DNA of 64,000 nucleotides from the NCBI RefSeq assembly GCF_004010195.1, contig NC_057718.1, positions 19,916,351 to 19,980,350 on the forward strand. The letters are read 5' to 3'. Both the position numbers and the translations under genes were made by a program. Under the pieces are notes generated by a model. That model saw only the letters and a program-made list of their open reading frames with translations, did not search any database and was not told the origin of the DNA. Source of the DNA: Chiloscyllium plagiosum (lineage: Eukaryota). Shown in pieces: positions 12,856-25,617 of this stretch; within the stretch, counting starts at the first letter, position 1; every line of letters starts with the position of its first letter.

Positions 12856-14027
12856 AGAAAGTGAGGACTGCAGATGCTAGAGATCAAAGCTGAAAAAGGT
12901 GTTGCTGGAAAAGCGCAGCAGGTCAGGCAGCATCCAAGGAGCAGGAGAATCGACGTTTCGGGCATAAGCCCTTCTTCAGGAATGAGGAGGGTGTGCCAAG
13001 CAGGCCAAGATAAAAGGTAGGGAGGGGGGACTTGGGGGAGGGGCTTTGGGAATGTGATAGGTGGAAGGAGGTTAAGGTGAGGGTGATAGGCCGGAGAGGG
13101 GGNNNNNNNNNNNNNNNNNNNNNNNNNNNNNNNNNNNNNNNNNNNNNNNNNNNNNNNNNNNNNNNNNNNNNNNNNNNNNNNNNNNNNNNNNNNNNNNNNN
13201 NNNNNNNNNNNNNNNNNNNNNNNNNNNNNNNNNNNNNNNNNNNNNNNNNNNNNNNNNNNNNNNNNNNNNNNNNNNNNNNNNNNNNNNNNNNNNNNNNNNN
13301 NNNNNNNNNNNNNNNNNNNNNNNNNNNNNNNNNNNNNNNNNNNNNNNNNNNNNNNNNNNNNNNNNNNNNNNNNNNNNNNNNNNNNNNNNNNNNNNNNNNN
13401 NNNNNNNNNNNNNNNNNNNNNNNNNNNNNNNNNNNNNNNNNNNNNNNNNNNNNNNNNNNNNNNNNNNNNNNNNNNNNNNNNNNNNNNNNNNNNNNNNNNN
13501 NNNNNNNNNNNNNNNNNNNNNNNNNNAGGTAGGTGAGGACCAGTGGGGTTCTGTCCTGGTGGCGATTGGAGGGGCGGGGTCCAAGGGCGGAGGAGCGGGA
13601 AGTGGAGGAGATGCAGTGGAGGGCATCGTCAATCACGTCTGAGGGGAAATTGAGGTCTTTGAAGGAGGAGGCCATCTGGGTTGTTCGGTATTGGAATTGG
13701 TCCTCCTGGGAGCAGATGCGGCGGAGGCGAAGGAATTGGGAATATGGGATGGCGTTTTTACAGGGGACAGAGTGGGAGGAGGTGTAATCTAGGTAGCTGT
13801 GGGAGTCAGTCGGTTTATAGTAAATGTCCGTGTTGAGTTGGTCGTCCGAGATAGAAATGGAGAGGTCTAGGAAGGGGAGGGAGGAGTCTGAGACAGTCCA
13901 GGTAAATTTGAGGTCGGGGTGGAAGGTGTTAGTAAAGTGGATGAACTGCTCAACCTCCTCGTAGGAGCATGAGGTAGCGCTGATACAGTCATTGACGTAG
14001 CAGAGGAAAAGATGGGGGTGGTGCCAG
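12856..14027 (-). mobile_element. Penelope-like retroelement, 5'-truncated, with 14-bp TSD
   Basis: RT C-terminal-like translation (MASSFKDLNFPSDVIDDAL...DRTPLVLTY), pLTR with hammerhead core at 12952-12979, tgttttaaaagagg at 12842-12855 and 14028-14041. Confidence 0.88.
13103..13526. other. Assembly gap (424 N) inside a Penelope element
   Basis: Run of N. Confidence 1.
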
Positions 14028-14764
14028 TGTTTTAAAAGAGGTCAAACAATGTACAGTGGAACTTTTTTTTTAGAAAAGACATCACATATGCCTGTGATAC
14101 TACTTGTTTAATGTTAACCCCATGTTGTGTTTATGACTATCAAGTTGCAGCTCATGCTTTGAATATAATTTGGTGATCTGTCTGTTGGAGGGAAAGAGTT
14201 CTCAGTTTAGTTCTCCTGTTTCTGGAAAAAACTTTTTGCAATGAATCTTTGACTGTCCTGTTGAAAAGCAACTGGAAGGCTTCTTAATACTAGTGCTTCC
14301 CAAGTAAGCTGTATCTGCGAAGATCCCAGAGGAAGCTGCCAAACCTGGTTGTCAATCATCTACACATGCCAGAATGTCAGACAGAAGGCCACCTGAAAAT
14401 CTCAAACCTTATCCTTTTTGCTTTCAAGAACTAAGATTCATTAGCCAAGTGTTTTCTCCTAAGAGCAATCTGCTCTTCCCCTTTATCAAGTGTGTGCATT
14501 TGCATCTCTGTTTTTGGTCAAAGGGATAAACATTTATATTTTCAGGTTACAAACTAAGTGTGTTAACCTGTATTACACCTTTTTTTAAATAGAAGTATTA
14601 ACAAGTTTGCACTTAAGAAAATCTGGTTGATTGATATTTTGATATGATTGCATATGATTGAGAAATGGGTAAAACAAATGTATGGCAAAAAGATCCCTAA
14701 AACAGCATGTTGACATCAATTTGGACCACCAAAATATTAGTTATCATCAAGTGCCAGAACATAC

Positions 14765-14975
14765 CTTAATCTGTTGGTGTAAGTATCCACACACGTTTTC
14801 ATCTTTGCTAGTAAAGTTCCAACAGATGTCTGTGTTTCAGAATGCTCGTCATCCTCCTCACTGCTATCACCAGACAAAGGCAGAAGAAGAGGCACAAGGG
14901 ATATGCATGAAGCAATGGCACGTAGCAACTCCAGCAGAGATCTATACAGAGGAACATGTCTGGCCATGTCGAGCA
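14765..14975 (-). CDS. BIRC6: BIRC6 coding exon H (phase 1-2, 211 nt)
   Basis: tttcactgcag acceptor, gtatgt donor; (V)LDMARHVPLYRSLLELLRAIASCISLVPLLLPLSGDSSEEDDEHSETQTSVGTLLAKMKTCVDTYTNRL(R); joins exon G in frame across a 30.4 kb intron. Confidence 0.97.
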
Positions 14976-16712
14976 CTGCAGTGAAATGAGAGACATGATA
15001 AAATTAAAAGCAACCCGCATCAATGTAAAACTCTAGCATAGCTCTTCTTACAAAATAAGCCATCAGAAGTTCCCAATCAATTGACATGTATCTTACAGAA
15101 CACTTTTTCCCTGAAGAATTCCTTAGTTTTACATCTGAGACAGTGTGTGTTAGCTATAGCCCAATGTGGGAATTTACATCGCCAGATATACAGGAATATT
15201 CACTCTAACCGTTCTAAACTTTTATACCAACATAGTATTACAAGGTGATTCCCCTAAGTGCACAAATGCAACTTTTTTCACTTTGTGCATTGACCACCCT
15301 GTGGCATCTGAGGAACTATGTGCATTTTTAAGGCAATTTTAACTTGTGAGCCTACCAGGTTGGAGGACAAAACTTGACCATACAAATGAGGCCTCCAACC
15401 CAATAGTTGAGGATGGATTCAGATTCAGACTTGCAAGTGCTAAACCATTTTACTGGATTGATGTTCCTCATACTCATTGTTATATAAGTCAGTTACTAAG
15501 AAAGGATAAGATTGGACTGAAACAAATACATCTGTAGGGCAAAACTGCCATCGAAAACACTTTTTTTGAACAGGTTTTCTTTTACATTCTGACAAAGACA
15601 ACAGGTTTGTGCCGACTTTAACAGTGCTAATGGAAATGTCAATTTCCAGCATACAAATCAAGTAACAGTGTATTATTCTAAGGGGCTGCCCAAACAAATG
15701 GCAGATAATAACTCATCTGTCACCACTCATGTTGAGAGTACTACTTCTTCACTCAGCCTCAATTTCTTAAAAAACAGTTACCTAATTTAGTGTTTAAAAA
15801 ACCTTAAAGTATTCAATAACAGCAACATCTTGAAACATTTTCTCAAGGTTGCAAGGATCTTTTACGAAAAGTTATCAATTCTAAATGAAGGCATTTGTAA
15901 AAATAATGTTCACCAAACTCTGCACTGCATCCGCAACTCATTTATTTCTGACTAATTTCCCTTCTAATATCAGAAAGAAAAACGGGAAATAATTTTGTTT
16001 ATACAGGTCCTTTCAGAAGGGATTAGAAAGCAATAATTTTAACTTTTAATTGGGCCACTTCTCCAGCAGTGACTAGAAAATTGTGGAACTCAGATTTTCA
16101 CCAAAATTGAATTAATTACACACAAGTTTTAAAAAAGATATAGCTTTCTACGCTCACTATCTGGTTTTATAAATTCCAATTACTTAACAATACAAACATT
16201 TATGATTAACGTTGCTATAATTTTGCCTACATCTACTGCCAGCATCATAAGCATTGTTCCATACCTATACATTCAGGCAACAATATGGAATCAGCCTTGT
16301 TTGGGATAACTTTAAATGGAATAGAGATAGATGTATACAGTGGATATTAAACCACTATCTTGTATACTTAAGATTTTCCTGGCAGCTTTTCTGTTAACAT
16401 TCATCACTATCTGCCTCATTAAAAAATCTGCTTACACAATCCTACTTTGAACATTGAAAAAAAGAGCTACATCAGTCCATTAGAAAATCTACTGATTACT
16501 TACTGAACAAGCCAGATGTGGAATAGAAATACACTGCAGACTAAAAATGCATACAAATTCTTTGTAACCTGTCACTATCATAAATAGTTTCACTCATCAC
16601 ATTTAAGGACAGGAAAAGGAAGAAAAGTGACAAGGATTTTGAGATAACAAGGCTTCGGTAGGGACAGACTGGAGAGTGATGGAGGCATTTAAAAGTGAAA
16701 TGTGTGGAATCT

Positions 16713-16913
16713 TGATTTGAAGATGCCGGTGTTGAACTGGAGTGTACAAAGTTAAAAATCACAACACCACGTTATAGTCCAACAGGTTTAATTGGAAGCA
16801 CACTAGCTTTCGGAGTGACATTCCTTCATCAGGTGATAGTGGAGCCCTCCGAAAGCTAGTGTGCTTCCAATTAAACCTGTTGGACTTTAACCTGGTGTTG
16901 TGTGATTTTTAAC
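16713..16913. mobile_element. Fold-back Penelope-type pLTR insertion (second family) with 12-bp TSD
   Basis: Inverted arms ~16751-16815 and ~16847-16913; tgtgtggaatct at 16701-16712 and 16914-16925; hammerhead core on - strand 16804-16832. Confidence 0.8.
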
Positions 16914-18377
16914 TGTGTGGAATCTGACATACTTGTCAACATTTTTATGGCACCAAATATTACAGCATCCAAAAGTCAAACTATTGGAGATGTGGAACAT
17001 AACTACATTTGGCTACTAAGATTGGGAGTCAGACTTGACATTATCTATTGCTGTATAGATTTCTACAGGTGAGGAAACTCAGCAATGAAGTGGGGATTGC
17101 CAACACCCCAAAATAACCGGATGTTTCACCTTTTCTCATGAGCTGGAAGAAGTGCTAGTGCACTCTCCTCAGGAAGCCTTTGACAACTCCCAGGCCCAAA
17201 GAGCTGCCTCTCTCCCACACAAAACATTGCCAAGATCCCTTCAACAATCCCTCCAATTATCAGAAAATGTCCCCACAAGTCCCCACCAATGGGCCACTTT
17301 CTGCCTGCTGAACAAGCTGCTCATTTTCCACCAATCAGGAGGAAAGCAGAACTACAAAATTCTTAACAAAGGTCCCGTCAATCAGATTGAAGTGTCTTGA
17401 CTTTGAGGGATCGTTTTGACTTTAGAAACACCTTTCCTGCTCACTATAAACATGGCAATCCAAGTATTTGTGACCAATGTTTCCTATGTTTTTGTAATTT
17501 ATTCCGGAGGTTAGAGAACACGAAGGGGAGTGAGAGAGAAAATAGGAATCTGAATGGATTTTTTTTTTCAAAAAGAAGGACGTTTCTGTCCTCACTTATG
17601 ACCAATGCCATCTTGTTTCACATTACAAGTATTACTAATATTTTTAAATGGATTCCAGTGTGCAATTCCCAGAACTTGTTCTGTTCAAAGCTTGAAAATG
17701 GAGTTGGGTTATCTAGTCCGATTGGAAGCCGAAGCCATAAATATTCTGCTAACCAAGTTGCGAAGCCATTGCAAATGTTATTTCTTTTATTTATTTATGA
17801 AATTCCTATCAGGGTGACGTGAAAGAATACTAGTCAGCATTAATAATTGATTGTTAACTCATCAGAAAGTTTCTAACAAGGAGGGCAATGGTTATCTCTG
17901 ATAACCCTTAGAATTTGAAATTTCCCCTTTATCTTTGGTTCAGTTTGTAATGTATCTTATCTTAATAGCTACCACATATATCAGCTTCTGCCAAGTGAAA
18001 GAGACACAATCAGGGTGATATAGGAGATACACCAGCCACTTCAGTTTCCTATATTGATGCGCTGCTAACGTGGGATTATAAAGAACCCAGTGAACTTATT
18101 TATCTTGAACTCATGGCCAGAAATTATCCAAGAATGACATTTGCTTTTCAACAGAAATTATAACTTTGAGTCTGAACTAGATGATCTGGCAGCATAGTGT
18201 CGAAAATGATCTGAAGCACATACTGAATGAGTTGTTCTATTTTTAATATATGTGTCAATGGTAAAAGATGTCATTATCAACCATTCAACAATGTTATCTC
18301 AGATGCCTCTCTCATTTGGTCAGTCCACCTCATAAGGAATTAATAGTTAAAATGAAATTGTCCTATTTTGTTCAAGT

Positions 18378-19280
18378 ACTGATTGGAGGTGCAGTGGACA
18401 GCGAAAGAGGTTACCTCAGAGTAGAACCTGATCTTGATCAGATGGACCAATAGGCTGATGAATGGCAGATGGAGATTAATTTAGATAAAATGCGAGGTGC
18501 TGCATTTTGGGAAAGCAAACCAGAGTGGGCATACACACTTAATGGTAAGGTCCAGTGTTGCTGAACAAAGAGACCTTGGAGTGCAGATTCAGGTTTCTTG
18601 AAAGTACAGTCTCAGATACATAGGATAGTGAAGGCGGCATTTGGTATGCTTTTCTTTATTGGTCAGAGCGTTGATTATAGGAGTTGGCAGGTCATGTTGC
18701 AGGACATTGGTAAGGCAACTTTTGGAATACTCCGTACAATTCTGGTCTTCTTCCAATCAGAAGGATGTTGTGAAAGTTGAAAAGGTTCAGAAAATAATTA
18801 CAAGGATGTTGGCCAGGGTTAGAGGAATTGAGCTGTAGGGAAAGGCTGAATAGGCTGGGGCTGTTTTCCCTGGAGCGTTGGAGGTGAGGGGTGACCTTTC
18901 AGAGGTTATAAAATCATGACGGACATGGCTAGGATAAATAGACAATGTATTTTCCCTGGGAATTGAGGGGAGGGTGGGAGAGAGGGGGTGGAGGATAGTC
19001 TCATAGGGCATAGGTTTAGGGTGAGAGGGCAAAGATATAAAAGAGATCTAAGGGGCAACGTTTTCATGCAGAGGGTGGTGCATGTATGGAATGAGCTGCC
19101 AGAGGAAGTGGTAGAGGTTGGTACAATTACAACATTTAAAAGGCATCTGGATGGAAGCGTTTAGAGGGATATGGGCCAAGTGCTGGCAAATGGGACTAGA
19201 TTAGGTTGGGATATCTAATCGGCTTGGACAAGTTGGACCAAAGGGTCTGCCTGTTTCAGTGTTGTACATCTCAATGACGA
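18378..19280 (+). mobile_element. 5'-truncated CR1 LINE
   Basis: Collinear with 8980-9710 and 36230-37127; frameshifted ORF2 C-terminus. Confidence 0.93.
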
Positions 19281-19409
19281 TATATAGAACGATGACCATC
19301 CTTTAACAATTAGGAACCAAAGTTATTTTAATCCTAATATTTAGTACCAATGTTGAAAGCTTAAACAGAATATATCAGAACACACAAAAAAAAGATGACA
19401 TCAATAATG

Positions 19410-19720
19410 CTCTCTGGCTCTGAAGTCTCCCATGGGGAAACAACCTCTCCCTTCTACCCGATCAAGCCTCCTAAAAGCATCTTGTATGTTTTGCTAAGAT
19501 CATCTCTTGTTCTTCTAAACGTCATCTATATATAGGCCCAAAGTACTCAACCTCCCCTCATGAGAAAATCCCTTCATGCCCAGCATCAACCTACTGATCC
19601 TTCTTTGGACTGCCTCTAATGCCAGTATACCTTTCTTTGACAAGGGGACCAAAACTGCTCACATTATTCGTCATGTGGTCTAACTGCATCTTGAATAGAT
19701 TTAGCAATGCTTCCTTATTT
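19410..19720 (-). mobile_element. Degraded CR1-type fragment, followed by a pLTR insert (~19727-19817)
   Basis: ggggaccaaaactgctcaca and ccaaagtactcaacctc motifs; insert flanked by ttccttatttta(g/a)ca. Confidence 0.6.
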
Positions 19721-21619
19721 TAGCAAGGTTCCTAATGAAGAGCTTATGCTGGAAACGTCAACTGTCCTGCTCCTCGGATGCTATCTGACCGGCTTTTCCA
19801 GCACGACACTCTTCGACTTCCTTATTTTAACACCATCATCATTTTGTCCTTTTGTTCTTGCATCCACTGATCTTATGTTTAATGCCCCTGATAAAATATA
19901 CTGAAGGCAAATAGGATTTACAAACAGTGTCAAATTTAATTACTTTTCTCATGGAGCAGGAGTGAACCAAGCAAGTATTAAAAAAACACAATGTATTGCA
20001 CCACATAGCAACATTAATTCCTCCAATGTTCCTGACCCCATTCACCTGGTACATTACAAAATCAGCCTGAGGTTTGTTTTCTGATATCAAAAAACGCCTT
20101 CCAAAAAAAAAATCAATTTTAAATTAGTCTTGGGACCTTTCCATAAGCAGGGGAATTAAAAAAAACATAATTCTGACAATTTAATATGTAGCTCAGGTTG
20201 GCTCACAAAGACAAGGATTTCCACAAAAGCCTCTGAGGACCATTATAAAATGAATGAATAATTACAGGCTACCAGAACATTTTATGCACCATTACACAAC
20301 TAATCTCACGTGGCCATGAACATACTTTATGGCATCACATGTGGAATTTTGCAGAATGCTTACAAAAATCATATGAGTTGTTGTTGAACCAACTGCTCAC
20401 AATCTGGTATGAATTCATATGATTTTTATGTACTTTCTTCAAACTGAAGAGCAGCAGGTAAAATTTAATGTTGCTTAGTATTTCCAATTCTCCCCCTTTG
20501 ATATAGAGATGTTCAATGCAAGAATAGCTACACCAAATGATGCATTAAATAGGTAATACTGAGCAGCACTAAATTCCTTTTCCAAATCATTTAACATCCT
20601 CAGTACAGCTTAATTGGATGAAAATGGCTATCCTGCCACAACTATGGTGTAATGAAAATCTAAACACTAATTCATCAACATTGGACACGCAGAAGATATG
20701 CAAACACAATAGCTGAGCATGCCTTTTTTTTTTAAAGCTTTCACTGCTTCACTCTTAAACATATTGTAAAACTGCTTATTTTACAGAAACCAAATCAGGA
20801 AAGATGCCATTAAAGTTTCTAATTTTGCGGTTACCTTCCTTTAGCAATCCATTCCAGTTGAGGGGAAACATTTTCTCAATCTCAGAAAACATGAATGTAA
20901 CTCAAACACATTAGTGTAAATCAGAAACAAAGTGTCATAAGGGATGACTGCATGATAATGTAAGTGAGACACAGTATACATCATATGAAGTAGGGTCTTG
21001 TGCCTCTACCTCCAGGCCAGAAGACATGGGCTCAAGTCCCACCTGCTCCAAAGTTGTGTCAAAATATCCAAACAGGTTGATTAGAGTAACTACATCACAT
21101 GAAGTGATGCAGTGTCACGTGAAATGGTCATGTTCTCTTGCAGAAGTCCCAGTTAGATGTTGTAATGTTAAATTACGTCCTTAAATAAAAGTTAATCGTT
21201 TTCATACTGCCTCGGCAGATTCCGCGTAAATTATCTTGCGGCATAATGAAACCAAGAAAGTCAAAAAAGATCATATAAACCAAAGATACACATTGCAAGT
21301 AAACCTCCTCTGCAGATGATGCTTATTTTAATAAGTGACCTCCCACAAGCAAACACTTTCCCACGGGTGCAGTAATATGATGGTGCATCATTAACTGCAG
21401 GTTTTAAAGATCCAATTCAGGTTTATAATGAGTCAGTAACGTCTTTGCCCGTATTTGAAGTAGCAGAAGTAAAACATTATTTCCCCCTAAAGGATCATCA
21501 TCTTAGAAACTATGCTGAATTTTATGCTTGGAATTTTTTCTATTGTCCTCCAATTTCATCCCCTTCTGAGGTACTGACTGAGACCAGCATGTGTTTACAC
21601 AGTAGCCAGCAATCATTTC

Positions 21620-21900
21620 CTCATCTTGAATTGTTGCAGTCCCTCCTTTCTAAATTCTGCTGGCCCCTATCTAACCTATATCAAGTCCCTGTAACCCATC
21701 ACCTGTGCTTGCTGATTTACATTGGATCTTGCTGTAATGATGCCTTGGTTTTTAAACTTTCAACTTCATTTTTAAATTCCTCCATCGTCTAACCCCTTAT
21801 CTGTACAATATATCCTTTATATCCTCAACCCTCTGAGATTTCCGCAGTTCTCAATTTAGTCGGCATTCCCAATTTTTGTAGTTCTATTATTGGCGTCTTG
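21620..21900 (+). mobile_element. Degraded L2-type LINE 3' fragment
   Basis: cctgtgcttgctgatttacattgg...tttaaactt...tttaaattcctccat resembles the L2 LHWL..FK..L..FK..H C-terminus. Confidence 0.45.
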
Positions 21901-22379
21901 TCTCAAACCCCATTCCTGAGATTTCCATGTTAAATCTCTCTATATTTTTCTTTCTTAAAAGGATAATGATAGAACTGTGGAACACACTTCTGCAAACTAT
22001 CAATTGTACATGTTAAAATAGATAACAGATTTTTGTTCACCGAAGGTATTAAAGGATATGGGTTGGGGTGGGGAGAATGAGAAGTTAGGTCACAGATCTC
22101 AAGATATGCCAAAACAGGCTTGAGGGGCTAAAATCCTACTCTATTCTGGCATGCTCATTTAAAAGGCATCTGAGTGGTGAATGGAAATATTGAGCCATTT
22201 GACACATTCCATTCAGATTTAGCCCACTGAAAATGACATGCAGTAAGTTTGGTAGTCTGCCCTATGGGTGTTAGAGGTTTGTGGGTTGACTTAGCTGATG
22301 GCCCAGAATCTGTATTCTTTAATAGTGTCTACAGTTCAATCTAGTACAAACGTTATTCTGTCGTGAATCATGAACTACA

Positions 22380-22732
22380 CCGGCAAGGTCAGTCTTTGTT
22401 TTCCATCCCTAACGACCTTCAAAATGAGAGCTGGTAAGCTATTTCAGAGGACATTTAGGTGTTAACCACATCTTTGTGGATCTGGAGTCACATCTCACCA
22501 GAACAAATAAGGGTGGCAGATTTCATTCCTAAAAGATATTAGTATAACAGATAGCATTTTACGACAATGGTAGTAATGGTGGTCACAAAACTAAGACTAG
22601 CCTTCAATTCCCAATTTTACTGTGCAAATTTAAATTCCACCAAATTCAGTGTTGGGATCTGAACCCATGCCTTCAGATCATTAATTTGGCTTCTAGATTA
22701 CTAGTTCAGTGACATTATCACTGTATCACCAG
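22380..22732 (-). mobile_element. tRNA-derived SINE, same family as 1400-1755
   Basis: Reverse complement contains gaatgaaatctgccaccctt core and gggttcagatccc B-box. Confidence 0.7.
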
Positions 22733-24178
22733 TTCTGTGCTAAGATAAAACTTCAGTGCTCATTAAACTCAAGAGTCCACAAAAAAAGTTGTAAACTGAA
22801 TAAGAAAATCAGTTGTACTGGTTACATTGCAGGGGCTGCATGATTTGCATGTCATCACTGGGCAGCAGGCTCTACTTCTGATTGCTGGAAGCATTAATTT
22901 TGCACAAGATTTTATCCAACAAATCTACTTGGATTTTGCATGAAACCTGCAAACTATATACTAACTGTATTTTATTAAAATTGAGAAGTACTTGAATCAT
23001 TTGAGATCATCAATTAATATATACTCATTTTGCCCAAGACCATACACCAATACATTTACAGAAACTCCTTTGAAAAACTAAGGCTTAGACCCAAATAGAA
23101 ATCAAGCTATCAAGCCTAAGGTACTAAAAAATAGGGAACACACCTCAATTTTGATTTTGATTAAACACCCTAGTAAATTAACATGATGTGCTGAACATGG
23201 TCAGAAAGTTTGCATTTATTATAATTCAGTGGTAAGTGCAATACATTTATTATATTTACAGAAATGGCAACAAAATTGTCCTTTAGAACAAAATCCTCTG
23301 ATTCATTGCATTTTTTTTGTTAATATTCCTTCTTAAAATGTAATATGTACAGGTTCAACCTAGGTTTATATAGGTTGAATCAAAAAAGCTGCCTGAAATC
23401 TGACAATTATGCTTTTATTTTATTGGATAACAATTACGCTTACATGCAATGAGTAACCAGTTTGAGCTCTGCATTTCTCCATCAAAAGTATGGTTACTTG
23501 TGACAGGATCTTAACCCTACAGGATCCTGTTTCTCACTGACTGTCAGAATCTTTGACAACGAGGACTACCTTGACTGTCATTGCCAATGTAAATCTGGCC
23601 CCTGAAACAGTGTTTCTTCCACCAAATCCGTGATCACCCAGGGAACATCATGAAATCTTGTGATTAATTTATAATTCCTCCTTTACTTCTTTTTTTCAAT
23701 ACAAGAAAATAACTAATTTACAGCAATAAAAAATCATTACTGTGTAATCATTTCCAAGCAGGTTAGAAACTTGTTTTGTTCAGCCATATGCTTGTAGGGA
23801 TCTGCAGCAATATTTCAGCGGACTGTTAATTAGAAAGCAACAGATAAAAAATATTATCCAGGGACTATCAACTCTTGCTTACAGGGAGTCATTCATTAGC
23901 AAAAATGGGCTATAGCTATCTCAGACTTATTTTAAAAATTACTAATATTTATTTCCTCACTGAAAGGGTGCTTTTCATGAAAACAGCAGCTTTCACTGTA
24001 ATGCCGTGCACGGAGTTTTGCCATGATGATTTGCAGCTCTTGTTCATTCAGTGTCAAGTGTATATGTACGTAATCAGTGTCAGACCGCACCAATGTATGC
24101 AATGAAGCCACTTTATGTTCATTGAATGAGATTCCATGTTAGGGAGCACTGAAAAATGTTCTTCGATGCATAGCTTTC

Positions 24179-24180
<2 letters not shown>

Positions 24181-24228
<48 letters not shown>
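24181..24228. repeat. (GT)24 microsatellite
   Basis: Perfect dinucleotide run. Confidence 0.98.
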
Positions 24229-24229
<1 letters not shown>

Positions 24230-25070
24230 CAGGTGCCTTGCTCAGAGAAGAGCAAATGCCTTTGTATTGCAGAGCAAAAACTCTGCTGTTCAGCTGTAAT
24301 TGAATATATGGTTTACTGCATTTGAAGTCACAGCATGAAACCCAGACCTCTCTTCAAATGGCTGGCAAGAGACATTTTTAGAATGCTCATTTGGAAGAAA
24401 TTCTTCAGTACACTAATGAAAAAAATGGATGGAGCTCTCAGCACTTTGCTCACTGACTGCAGCTGCGGTGTAAGACCCACCAGTTTCTTGCTACTAAATA
24501 ACTAGTGTTTGGACGATGATATATAAAAAAACTTCACTCGAAGAAAAATTGTGCTGAGAATCAAAGCAGTAAGACATCATCTTTACCACATCATTTGGCC
24601 TCAAAAGGGGATTAACGATGCCTAATGCGGTTTTTGAAACCTTGTAAACCATTTCTACAATTGGCAAGTCATTTTGTTTTCCACCTACCTCTACAAAGCA
24701 GCTAAAAGGAAGCTCAGACAGCATGTTGATGCATTTTTGTCCCTGATGAACTATCAGGTAAGGTTTGTTTTTCTAAAAAAAAATTGTGTTGCTCATTTAA
24801 ATCTCTAAATTATCAATTATTGTGGCTTGCTTATTGCAATAGAAAAATACTGTGTGCCTCCATCCTCAAAGACAACACATGTTGTCCTTATTAAACTGAT
24901 GTTTTAAAAGTAATGTAGTACTAGCTAGATTTTCCCTCATATGATTTGAATACTCATTAAATCAAATCACTGGAAACTATACGAGACTAATTTAGTAGAT
25001 TCAGCGAGATAAAAGGAAGCAGAAGAGATATTTGAATGATCAACGATCACTTTCAGATTTCTTTCTGCAG

Positions 25071-25249
25071 GACAGTGAAACCTCATTGACAGTAACATTT
25101 ACAATCTCTGCATTCTCAAATGCAAACAGATAATATATTTTTGGCAGGGATGAAGGCTGCTTTACAACTGTCCAGGAAAATTTATATGCACTAGAAATGT
25201 CATAAAATCCTTAAGCATTTCAAACCTGCAGCAAGATTAACAAACAAGA
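25071..25249 (+). other. Candidate non-coding 5' exon of the megamind/TUNAR transcript
   Basis: Acceptor tttctttctgcag ending 25070 and donor aga|gtaagc at 25250; a further upstream donor cag|gtaagg at 24758. Confidence 0.45.
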
Positions 25250-25464
25250 GTAAGCTTCCGTCAAAGAAAACATGCAGATTCTTGCAGGAGTGGTCATTTT
25301 GAAAAGGACTGTATATAATTGACTAGGGGGCACACATCTCCTTGAACTATATCATAGCAACACAGCACTGAGCATTTATTAAATTCAGCAATAAAATAAT
25401 TCTTTATGTATTTTTCTTTTGCAGACAGCTGCTGGAATACTGCTGATAACATTCACAACAAAAA

Positions 25465-25617
25465 ATGGGCATCTCTGCCATTACTGAAGCAGAAGAAGTG
25501 AGAATCCAAGGAGAGAAAGACGACAGAGAAGAATCTGTTCTTGCTCTGCTGGGAATAATAGGAACAATTCTAAATCTGCTTGTGATCATTTTTGTATATA
25601 TCTATACTACATTCTGA
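25465..25617 (+). CDS. TUNAR: megamind/TUNAR-family 50-aa transmembrane micropeptide, nested antisense in a BIRC6 intron
   Basis: Manual translation MGISAITEAEEVRIQGEKDDREESVLALLGIIGTILNLLVIIFVYIYTTF*; strong Kozak aaaATGG; in-frame TGA/TAA at 25444-25449; acceptor tttttcttttgcag ending 25424; C-terminal 29 aa match human TUNAR as I recall it at 26/29; zebrafish megamind is known to lie antisense in a birc6 intron. Symbol denotes family membership (birc6-linked paralog). Confidence 0.92.
   Translation: MGISAITEAEEVRIQGEKDDREESVLALLGIIGTILNLLVIIFVYIYTTF

Noticed and set aside
12923..13675. Long ORFs of 166-250 aa
   Set aside because: Artefacts of reading through the N gap inside a Penelope element
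17397..17822. 141-aa ORF
   Set aside because: Non-ATG start, no recognisable domain, no supporting splice structure
23700..25460. REST/RE1 site for neural-restricted expression of the nested gene
   Set aside because: Only partial cagcac matches; no convincing full RE1 consensus seen
25404..25589. Minus-strand 61-aa ORF in the track
   Set aside because: Antisense shadow of the plus-strand micropeptide ORF; no recognisable protein and not needed for the BIRC6 frame
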